Source of the DNA: Octopus sinensis
Taxonomy: Eukaryota
Length of the DNA stretch: 64,000 nucleotides
Reading direction: 5' to 3'
Assembly: GCF_006345805.1 (NCBI RefSeq)
Contig: NC_043005.1
Span: forward strand, 26,350,001 to 26,414,000
Shown here: positions 53,645-64,000 of the stretch, in pieces
Layout of the letters: the number at the start of each line of letters is the position of its first letter
Numbering within the stretch: the stretch's first letter is position 1
Program-made: the position numbers and the translations under genes
Notes under the pieces: model-generated
The model's database searches: none
What the model was told of the DNA's origin: nothing
The model's input: the letters and a program-made list of their open reading frames with translations, nothing else

Positions 53645-53736
53645 TATATACAGTAAGAGAGAGAGAGAGAGAGACTGTCTTATTTATGTATATGTGATAG
53701 AGAGATGTGTGTGTGTATGTGTAGTGTATATGTGTG

Positions 53737-53905
53737 CAGAGCCATCTTAAGAGCTTCAAGCGCCCCCAGGCAATCCACTGAACTGGGCCCTAATTAGCAT
53801 GCATTTATTAACAGCATCCCACCGCATAGTGGATCAGATTTGGGCTCCTAGACCTGTGATGACCCCGGGAAAACTGCCCAGTGTACCCATATTAAGACGA
53901 CACTG
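53737..53905. mobile_element. hAT-like MITE, same TIR type as 51575-51734
   Basis: TIRs cagagccatcttaa / ttaagacgacactg; flanks tatgtgtg / tgtgcgtg resemble a decayed 8-bp TSD. Confidence 0.6.
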
Positions 53906-54274
53906 TGTGCGTGTGGCTTTTATATACGTGTGTAACTCTAAGAGAAAGAGAGAGGAAAATAGTGTAATTCTGGTTGGCGATTGTGTAAGTGTATGTGTGT
54001 GTATGTTAGCACTATTATAACGAGTGAAGAAATTACAACACAAGGTTTGTATAGTAGTAACTTCACTGCGAGTTATAATACGGTTTAATAGTACTCTAAC
54101 TAAATACTACATGATACTAACTTTCCGTATTGGTAATGGTGTTGGTGGACAATATTGTTTACCTTACACAATCTCATATCGAGCAGAGACTATCGTGAAA
54201 GGCGAACCCCACCGTGACCATCCCATCTTTTCTTTAAAACACGATGCACCAACAACAAACATTATGGCGAAAGT

Positions 54275-54384
54275 GTAAAGAATGCGTACACACGGCGTTT
54301 ATGGTTAGAGTTAGAGTTTTAGGGTGAGGGTTTTGGGTTAGGGGTTTTGATACGCCGAATACGGGTGGTGTACGTATTCTTTAC
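54275..54384. mobile_element. Short TIR element with a TTAGGG-like core
   Basis: TIRs gtaaagaatgcgtacac / gtgtacgtattctttac around ggttagagttagagttttagggtgagggttttgggttaggggg. Confidence 0.6.
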
Positions 54385-54936
54385 CTCCGCCGGCATTATT
54401 ATAGAATGTTTGTTTTCTGAAGATTCGAATACTGTTTATGGCAGGTCAAGTAAATGACCACGTCCAGAGGTAATGATGGCGATGCTGGTGGTGCCGTTGC
54501 TAATGATGTTGGCGGTGAAGGTGATGCCAATGCTGATAGTGCTGCTGCTGGTCGTGATGCCGGGCGATTGGTAGTTCTATTGATGATGTTCATCACTGTG
54601 GTCCTTGCGGTGGTGCCGACGGTGATGGTGCCGGGTAATTAGAGGTTTAGCTGATAATGTTAATGGTTGCGGTTATGATGATGATGATGATGAGCGTTGT
54701 TGTTGTTGTTGTTGTGTTGTTGGTGGTGGTGGTGGTGGTGGTGGTAGTGGTGGTGGTGGTGGTTAGGGAGGCGGGTTATTCTTGGTTCTGCCGGTTGCCA
54801 AGCCGGGTAATTAGTGGTTTTCTGATGATGTTAATAATTGCGGTGCTGCTGCTGCTGATGATGATGATGGTGATAATGGCGATGGCGGTCATAGTGGTGA
54901 TGGTAAGTACTCAATATCTGCAGGTGTGCAATCACC

Positions 54937-54945
<9 letters not shown>

Positions 54946-55010
<65 letters not shown>

Positions 55011-55489
55011 GGCTATTGCTGCAATAGTGGTTGTTGTGATACGAGTAGAGGAGGCATTGTTTGTGATAGCAGCAGCAGCAGCAGTAGCAGCAGCAGCAGC
55101 AGTAGCAGCAGCAGCAGCAGTAGCAGCAGTAGCAGTAGCAGCAGCAGTAGCAGTAGTAGTAGTAGTAGTAGTAGTAGTAAGTGCTAGCCAACCAATTAAC
55201 TGTCAAGCCTTTATCCTCCGTCTCAATTCTCTCTACATACATCATACATACAAACATTATATATATATATATATACATATATATATTATATATGTGTATG
55301 CTTGTAATTATTTATTTTATTTGCCGCAGGGGCATCCAGTGAGAGGAACATTAACATTACGAGGATAGTTTACAACGTTCCAGCCGATCCATGTGTGACT
55401 GTATCGACGGTTGTCCCTCTCTAGCAGCAGCAGCAGTAGTAGTAGTAGTAGTAGTAGTGGTAGTAGTAGTGGTAGTAGTAGTAGTGGTG

Positions 55490-55525
<36 letters not shown>

Positions 55526-55773
55526 GTGTTTGTGTATGCATGTGTGTTCTGGTGTGTGTGTGTGCGTGCGCGCTCGTTAACAAGCACTTGTTAATGTTCT
55601 ATGCAGTTTCAAACTACTTCAGTGTTATTACTACTACTACGACTACTACCACTTCTACAATTACCACTACCACCACCACCATCACCACCACTACTACTAC
55701 TACTACCACCACCACCACCACCACCACCATCACCACCACCACTACTACTACTACTACCACCACCACCACCACC

Positions 55774-55820
<47 letters not shown>

Positions 55821-56040
55821 CACCACCACCACCACCACTACTACTACTACTACTACCACCACTACTACTACTACCACTTCTACAATTACTACTACCACAA
55901 CCACTACTACTACTACTTCTAGAATTACTACTACCACTACCACCACCACTTCTACAATTATTACTACCACCACTACAACTACTATTACTACTACTGCCAC
56001 TTCTACACTTACTACTACTACTACTACCACTACTACTAGA
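54946..56040. repeat. Cluster of trinucleotide microsatellites (ACT, AGC/AGT, GTA/GTG, ACT/ACC)
   Basis: Direct reading; source of the poly-V/T/S/P ORFs. Confidence 0.95.
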
Positions 56041-56952
56041 TGTTATTGAGTGCAATCTTTCCGCTAGGTCCTAAGTGTTGGCAATTTTTTGGTCATGCGC
56101 TCCACGGGTTTTGTTTTTTCTTTATTTTACTTTAGTTTTTTTTTTTTTCCTTATTTTGTTTTGTATTTAAAAGAAAATTATTTTGGTGGGCGAAAAATGT
56201 GACGAGGTCGTTTAATTGGTGTTGGTGTATCTGTATGTTATTCGAGGTTGTTATTGCGATCAAATGGCAATGAAGTGGAGGAAGGGCTTTGTAGGCGTTG
56301 TTGTTGTTATTGCTGCTGCTGCTGATGTTGATGATGATGATGATGATGATGGTTACTGGTTTGTTTTTGTTGTTGTTGTTGTTCTTTTTATTTCTAGTCC
56401 ATGTTGGGTCCCACTTTACGCTACGTTGGGTAAATGTCGTTTAACCAGTTGTTCTAGGGTTGACCAAAAATTATGGGCGAAATATGGCCGAAGGAAACAG
56501 TAGCTTTTTTTTTCTTTTCTTTTGGAGTTATTTTAACAGTATGGTCATGCAAAGAAGGCGTTAAGATCATTATAGAACCCCGTGGAAAGCAATGCACGCA
56601 GGGACCCCTCCCGCCTACATAATTAGGCCCTGCACCCATGGGTTCCTCGATTCAACCAGACGTCACTAGTCACTATGCTTAAAGACGTCACTAGTCACAG
56701 CAAGAAAGGTGCCACCCAAAAATGATCCTTTTCGGGGCGTCTTAGATACGTGAGCGAAAGGTAGCCTCACAAAAAAAGGTCATGACCTCTGATGAGTGCA
56801 TGCAGAGTAGTATTTGCTGAAGCTAAAGGTATCTCAGGTGGAGTCGTCTTAAGAACGGGCATACTTAGAAATCGCCCGAGGGCTTCAAGGGGCCTAGGGA
56901 AACCATTTCTAATATATGTAATTCATGTTTGCGTCACATCGCAACACTAAAA

Positions 56953-57150
56953 CAGAACTATTTTATCTCAACTGGCCCTGCTCCTTTTAACATCATACCA
57001 AGACACATAAGAGAAGAAAAAGGTCCCATAACGTTCAAACGGTTCCTGGACGAATATCTCCAATAATTTCCAGATAATCCACCCACACTCGGATATATAT
57101 CTGCAAGCAATAACTTTTTACTCGAATGGGCTATGGCACCCAAAGAATGA
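56953..57150 (+). mobile_element. Degenerate 3' end of a CR1/L2-group LINE ORF2
   Basis: Translates QNYFISTGPAPFNIIPRHIREEKGPITFKRFLDEYLQ*FPDNPPTLGY.., resembling the GP.LFN.LP..IR..FK..LD..L...PD.P motif at the C-terminus of these RTs. Confidence 0.55.
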
Positions 57151-57274
57151 CTCATATGAAACACCTTTAAATGTCTTTACCAGGTGTGCTATTAAGTTAG
57201 ATATGGTCTGGGCCAATACTGACCGAAACTTATCTAACTATGTATGCTCGCTGGCTTGTTGTCAATAAATAATA

Positions 57275-57673
<399 letters not shown>

Positions 57674-57759
57674 CTTAATAATACTAGACACTCCATTTAT
57701 TGGTTAGCCAGGGTCTATGATACAGCAAAGACAGATTTGAACTTAGGCCTGTGCTGAGC

Positions 57760-57970
57760 CTCAGGGTTCATAAGGCCGGAGCTTAACCCAGTTATCATGA
57801 TATTTATGTGACTGAGATTACACTATCCACCCCGCTGGATGGGACACCAGTCCATCACAGAATTAACTTACTGAGTGAGCTGGAACAACATGAAATGAAG
57901 TGTTTTACTGAAGGCACTGTCTAGTCCCGGGATTAAACCTACGATTAATAACGCAACACTCTAACCGCCG
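57760..57970 (-). mobile_element. Diverged tRNA-headed SINE
   Basis: Contains ctggatgggacaccagtccatcacag and the gagtgagctggaacaacatgaaat domain shared with family C. Confidence 0.55.
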
Positions 57971-58216
57971 CGTTACAATTTCCTATCTGAGCATAAAGAA
58001 AAGAGGTGGGCGATCCGCAACGGGCGACGCTTCTATGGAAGCCATAGTTTTAGGCTTGCTGTACAAGCCTGTACGGACTTTAGGGGCCCTGGATATAGAG
58101 CCTTCGCTTAGAGGTGGGTGAAATTAATCACCCAAAGGAGTTCATTAACGTTCTTGGGTAGAAAACTTGGCCGAGTTTCGGTTGAAATATTCCATGCAAG
58201 CAAAAAGGGTTACATA

Positions 58217-58630
58217 AGCGCAGGAGTGGCTGCGTGGTAAGTAGCTTGCTAACCAACCACATGGTTCCGGGTTCAGTCCCACTGCGTGGCATCTTGGGCA
58301 AGTGTCTTCTGCTATAGCCCTGGGCCGACCAATGTCTTGTGAGTGGATTTGGTAGACGAAAACTGAAAGAAGCCTGTCGTATATATGTATATATATATAT
58401 GTATGTGTGTGTGTGTGTGTTTGTGTGTCTGTGTTTGTCCCCCTAGCATTGCCTGACAACCGATGCTGGTGTGTTTACGTCCCCGTAACTTAGCGGTTCG
58501 GCAAAAGAGACCGATAGAATAAGTACTGGACTTACAAAGAATAAGTTCCGGGGTCGATTTGCTCGACTAAAGGCGGTGCTCCCGCATGGCCGCAGTCAAA
58601 TGACTGAAACGAGTAAAAGAGTAAAAGAGT
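58217..58630 (+). mobile_element. SINE family A, full length
   Basis: Complete head, internal microsatellite and gagtaaaagagtaaaagag tail. Confidence 0.92.
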
Positions 58631-59070
58631 ATATGCAAATGAAATTTTTGAAAAGGAACAACTTTACGTAATCAAATTTCCCATTGTATAAAAGATATAA
58701 ATTCTAAAAGAAATGATGAGGTGGGTGAAAGGGGATATGATAGAAGAAACGTTACCCATTTTCTCCCACCATGTGGCATATGACTTCTAATTCAAAACCC
58801 CACACTGAAAATTTAATCCGTTGCATAATTTAACAATATCATCTCATCCTTAGATGTTTCTGTAGTGGCGGCTATCTGTTACTGGTCAAATTCGAACCAG
58901 ATTTCCGATCTTAGGCAAACATTTTCCTATCTAACCCGGATGCCCCATCAGTGTATCTGAAAAAAGAGGGGCGATCCGCAACGGGCGTCGCTTTTATGGA
59001 AGCCATATTTTGGAGTCTGCTGTATAAAGCCGTACGGACTTTAGGGGACCCGGATATAGCGCAGTGAATC

Positions 59071-59238
59071 CAGGTAAAAAAAAATGTCACAGGAAATAAG
59101 ACAGTAATAAAATCACAAGGAAAAAAGTCACAGGGGTTTTGTCCTAAGGGGTGGGGGGTTGTCTGGATCCCATAAATTAATTGCGACTTTTTCTTCCAAC
59201 CCAAAATTGTGACTTCGTTACTGTGACTTTATTACCTG
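59071..59238. mobile_element. Small TIR element with subterminal (aagtcacag / gtgactt) repeats
   Basis: caggtaaaa..gtcacag vs ctgtgactttattacctg; G-rich centre. Confidence 0.55.
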
Positions 59239-59620
59239 TCACCAGCGCAGCAAATCCAAGGGTTGCTCTGGGCCGTAAACACACGAGCCCCTCCACTAGG
59301 ATGTTCTGATAGGGTACATGCGTGCTGCGCTATTTTCTCTGGTTTAAACCATTAAGAAAATAGTATTTAGAAATATTTGCCAGTTTTCTGTGTTTTCTGG
59401 TTTATTTTTATTTAGTTGGTGTTTGATATTCACTTTTCTTCCATTTGTCTGTGATGTTGGTGTATCCTGTTTGAAGTTGTTTTTGTTTGTTATGGGATTG
59501 GCTGGTTTGGGGCCTTTTTTTCATGTGTTACTGGGTTTTTAACTGAGTGTGAAAGTGTGAGAGAGAGAGAAGGGGAGCGGAGGGAGGGAGAGAGAGAGAG
59601 AGAGAGAGAGTGTGTGTGTG

Positions 59621-59659
<39 letters not shown>

Positions 59660-59924
59660 CGTATGTGTATGTGAACGAGAGAGAGAGAAAGAGAAGGGTA
59701 GGCGGAGGGAGGGAGAAAGAGTGACTGTGTGTGAGAGTGTGTGTGTGTGTGTGTGTTCGTATGTGTATGTGAACGAGAAAGAGAGAGAGGGGGTGTGTGT
59801 GTGTGAGAGTGTGTGTTCGTATGAGAATGTGAACGAGAGAGAGGGAGTGCGAGAGAGAGAGGGTGTGTGTGTGTGTGTTCATATGTGTATATGAACGAGA
59901 GAGAGAGTCAGTACGTGTGTGTAT

Positions 59925-59955
<31 letters not shown>

Positions 59956-60199
59956 TGCATGCATTCGCTGGCAAAATATGTTGTTTCTTTTCTCTGAAAA
60001 AAAAGGTGCTTTAATTTTGTTTAATCATTTTGTTTTAATTATCATTTGTTCAATGTTTTAGAATTCATTCAGCAAACTTTGATTTTGTTTCCTAGTAGAA
60101 CCTGTTCCAATGTTGTCTTTTCCATTCTTTTCTTTTTCTTTTTGATAGAAACCATTAAAGCGTTCATATTTTCTTCTTCGATACGTGTATGCTGATAAT

Positions 60200-60807
60200 T
60201 GCTAAGCGGTTAGAGAGGTGCAGGGATAAAATATTGGCCGGTTACTGGTTATCGTGGCTAAGTTTGCGGAACGGAAGGTCTAGTATTGGGAAAAGCTATT
60301 GTAGTTGACTTGGTTGAAGTATGTGAATGGGTTGGTGTAGAATATTTAGGATATATTCTCTTGCATTATCAGTTTTTTCTGGAAACCAAGATCTGTTACA
60401 AGTATGAAATCTCCTTCAATGGTACACCACACACTGATACACTAGACACAGTCATCTCACACTCCATCAAACAGATGACCATGTGTCAACAGCCATGTCT
60501 TGAAAAAGAACACGTGATGGAGGCTCACGAGAAGCTTGCCAGGTACCAGAAACTGGAAGAGCAGAATAGTAGAAGCCAAGAATAGTGGGAACGGTACGAA
60601 CAAGAATGTATATTTTCCACAAGATTCTGTATGATGACCGTCTCCAGCTAATCTCGTCTCAGATAAAGTAACGATGTCAAGATCATAGCGTCGAAGCTCT
60701 TTCGCAACAAGCGCACTCCTTCGTTCAGGACATTCAGAGGACTCGCGGTCAAGCAGCGTCCGTACATTCCAACAGCCAATATTCAATATTTTATATGGTT
60801 CTATCAC
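60200..60807 (-). mobile_element. Inverted N-terminal endonuclease segment of an RTE LINE
   Basis: ORF 60457-60807 reads ILNIGCWNVRTLLDRESSECPERRSALVAKELRRYDLDIVTLSETRLAGDG..YTF, the RTE APE motifs. A weak continuation (ILSLHLSNRLAIIS) lies near 60200-60240 after ~290 bp of unassigned sequence; the left boundary is uncertain. Confidence 0.8.
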
Positions 60808-60844
60808 AGTAGCATGATGACGGCCGAGTTCAGACTGTGATGCT

Positions 60845-62471
60845 CTGGATTTATATCAGGTTTTTGTCGATCTGACAAAAGCCTTTGATAAAGTTAATAG
60901 AAATGCACTATGGAAAGTCCTCCAGAAACTGGGTGTCCCGAAAAGTTCCTTGCTTTGGTTAGGTCTTTTCATGAAGACATGAGGGGTAGGGTTAATGTTA
61001 GAGGGAAAATGTCGGAGCCTATCTCAATAAAAAATGGAGTGAAACAGGGGGACATTCTGGCACCGACCCTATTTGCCATATATTTTGCGATGGTTTTCTG
61101 TATTGTATTCAGAAACTGCAGATATAGTGTTTACATCCATTATCGAACCTCTGGCAGCATATTTAATATCAGGCACTTTGCTGCAAAAACAAAGGTATTT
61201 ACTTCTATCATAAGAGACCTTTTGTATGCAGATGATTGTGATCTATTAGCGCACACAGAGATATGCAACACATTTTGAATGCATTCTCTGATGCTTGCTC
61301 TGCCTTAGGATTGAAAGTCAGTCTCAAGAAAACTGTTGTCATGTACCAACCTGCCCCTGGTAAGCAGTATAATGAACCAAATATCTATATGTATGGTAAA
61401 CGACTTGATGTAGTTGATCAATTTGTCTACCTGGGAAGCATTGTTAATAGATATAACAATTTGGATAATGAAATTCTACACAGAATTAGGAAAGCAAGTG
61501 ATGCTTTCGGAAGGCTAGAAAGGCGCCTCTGGAGTCGGCGAGACATATGCAGGAAGACAAAGATAAAGGTGTACAAGGTATGTCTGCTCTCTTCTCTTCT
61601 TTATACTTGCGAGACGTGGGTCACATATCGATCCCACCTTAAACAACTGGAACATTTCCATCAGATATGTCTCAGACGGATCTATGGCATTAAGTGGGAG
61701 GACCGCATCAGTGATCTTGAAATATTGGAAAGCTCTCCGTGTGAAAGTATAGAAGCTCTTGTGTTAAAGCAAAAGCTCAGATGGAGTGGTCATCTATCTG
61801 ATCAGGATGAAGGATTCAAGGATGCCAAAACAACTCTTTTATGGAGAGTTAGCTAAAGGAGACCGACCTCCACATAAACCAAAAAAGGGGTATGAGAACT
61901 TGCTGAAGGCTTCCTTAAGAGATGCTTGCACATGGGAGGTCATAGCTATTGACTGTAGCAGGTGGAGAAGGATTGTGCACGAGGGGACAGCTACTTTTGA
62001 GAGATCTCGAGTTGCGCATGAGAAAGTAACGAGGGATGTCAGGAAAGGCATCGCTGTTGCACTTCCAGATGGTAAGGGTCTTCCTATGATGCTGACATGC
62101 AGTATCTGTGCAAGACCCCTGCCTCAGTAAAGTTGGACTCAAGAGTTATCTTCATAGTCATAAAGCGAGACAGTTGATTGACAACCAGGCCACTGGTGGT
62201 GGTGGTGTTACATACCATACTAATCATATCTGTCAGGCATGTGGAAGGGAGTGTAATTTGGCGGGAGGACTTAAACGACATGCAAAGGTACATAAAGCCC
62301 AATTACAATTACAGCCGGCTATTGCCGGTAAAGGTTTTAGCTGCCAATTCTGTACAAGATATTGTAGATCTTTAGCTGGGCTAAAAGTCACATTTGATCA
62401 CAGCACCAATAACAGTTAAGCCTCGTGCAATGGCCATACTCGATAACGAGGGGGCGGCCATCATACATACA

Positions 62472-62500
<29 letters not shown>
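60845..62500 (+). mobile_element. RTE LINE: RT domain, thumb region and three C-terminal C2H2-type fingers, frameshifted, (CATA)n tail
   Basis: FVDLTKAFDKVNR, GVKQGDILAPTLF, LLYADD, FVYLGS, LRWSGHL, RMPKQLFYGEL. Fingers CSIC..LHSH, CQAC..RHAKVH and CQFC..(H) are spread over several frames. Confidence 0.95.
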
Positions 62501-62552
<52 letters not shown>

Positions 62553-62589
62553 GTATATATATATGTGTGTGTGTGTATGTATGTATGTG

Positions 62590-62851
62590 TGTGTGTCTGT
62601 GTATGTTTGCGTGTCTGCGTTTGTCCCCCCCCAACATCGCTTGACAACCGATGCTGGTGTGTTTACGTCCCCGTAACTTAGCGATTCGGCAAAAGAGACC
62701 GATAGAATAAATACTAGGCTTACAAAAAATAAGTCCTGGGGTCGATTTGGTCGACTAAATTGCGGTGCACCAAACATGGCCACAATCAAATGACTGAAAC
62801 AAGTAAAAGAGTAAAAGAGTAAAAGAGTAAAAGAGTAAAAGAGTAAAAGAG
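62590..62851 (+). mobile_element. SINE family A 3' half with (AGTAAAAG)6 tail
   Basis: Abuts the RTE tail microsatellite; six octamer units at 62802-62849. Confidence 0.88.
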
Positions 62852-63094
62852 AATGGTTGAGGGAAAATGTTTGGGTTAGATTTCTTTGCCCACTGAGAGA
62901 CGGTTGGTTCCTGGTTTGGATCAAAATAAAGGAATCAATAACGGTAAGGTGGAGAACGGACAAAGACATTACAGTGTCTCATAGAGTATCTCACGTTATT
63001 TATTCTAAGTCTCTGTACTGTGAGATCAAATCTCACGGAGACCAGCTTTGACTTTCATTCTTTAGGGGGTGGATAAAAATAGATGTCAAATAGT

Positions 63095-63318
63095 ATTATT
63101 TACTACCCACAAGGGGCTAAACACAGAGGGGACAAACAAGGACAGACAAAGGGATTAAGTCGATTATATTGACCCCAGTGTTTCACTGGTACTTAATTTA
63201 TCGACCCCGAAAGGATGAAAGGCAAAGTCGACCTCGGCGGAATTTGAACTCAGAACGTAGCGGAAGACGAAATACTGCTAAGCATTTCGCCCGGCGTGCT
63301 AACGTTTCAGCCAGCTCA
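63095..63318 (-). mobile_element. SINE family B, full length
   Basis: Reverse complement of the family B consensus. Confidence 0.9.
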
Positions 63319-64000
63319 CTGGGAGGAGTTGAGAGTAGGAGAGAGAGAGACAGACAGAGAAAGACAGAGAGAGAGAGGGGGCAGACAGACAGACAGACAG
63401 AGTGACAGACAGCCAGAGACAGAGAAACACAGAGACAGGCGGAGAGAGAAGAAAGAAGAGAGAGAAGAAGATGAAGAGAGACAAAGAGAAGATCCTCTAG
63501 CTGGAGAGATGCACACCTTGGTGAATGAAAGAATGGTTGGCTGGTTGGCTGGCTAGCTTGCTGGCTAGTTTGCTGGCTGGCTGGCTGGCTGGCTGAATAG
63601 ATGAATGGATGGATGAATAAATTAATGGAGGGATTAATGAATGAATAAATAACGGAAGCCTGGAACTAAAACAAAAGATTGTTATAGTAGTTCTTGCATA
63701 AATTTTTTCCATATTGCTTTGCTTTGTTTCCGCTTTATGTTCAACATATTGAATAATTAAATAAAACCTGTATTTATAAAAAAAAAAAAATCATGCTTTA
63801 GTTTTGAATGCAAAATAGATTTACACGGCCAAGTGAAAAGTCATTGTGACCCAGAAGTGGCGCTCAAAAATTTTGGTGGCTCACAGCGATATTGGTATAT
63901 TTAGAAAAATGTGTTGTACATACATACATACATACATACATACATACATACATACATACATACATTCATGCATACATACATGCATACATGCATACGTACA

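Noticed and set aside
54657-56074. Mucin-like poly-T, poly-V and poly-P ORFs
   Set aside because: Pure triplet repeats open in several frames on both strands, with no splice or domain support.
60286-60585. 99-aa plus-strand ORF upstream of the RT
   Set aside because: Not recognisable as RTE ORF2 or a host exon; left as unassigned sequence within the inverted LINE segment.

Overview
Eukaryotic, AT-rich, microsatellite-saturated genomic DNA. The SINE repertoire and repeat style point to an octopus (coleoid cephalopod); this is inference, not a database result. The only host coding sequence I can support is the first coding exon of a midnolin (MIDN/stuxnet) orthologue on the minus strand (50485-50960). 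It has an Asn/Thr/Ser-rich N-terminal extension, the first half of the ubiquitin-like domain, and a canonical GTAAGT donor. No later exon is recognisable, so positions 1-50484 are probably a very long intron. The rest is mostly mobile DNA: at least three tRNA-headed SINE families, an RTE LINE with C-terminal C2H2 fingers whose endonuclease segment is inverted, a BovB-like 3' fragment, a CR1/L2-like 3' fragment, two mariner derivatives, hAT-like MITEs and one or two non-autonomous Helitrons. There is also a 1.9-kb tandem duplication and a 100-N gap. The most unusual structures are near-perfect fold-back duplications anchored on (TA)n tracts, a TTAGGG insertion inside a SINE, TIR elements with telomere-like cores, an Ig-switch-like GAGCT pentamer tract, and intronic CRE/NRF1 motif clusters. 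No rRNA, true tRNA or CRISPR array was found.
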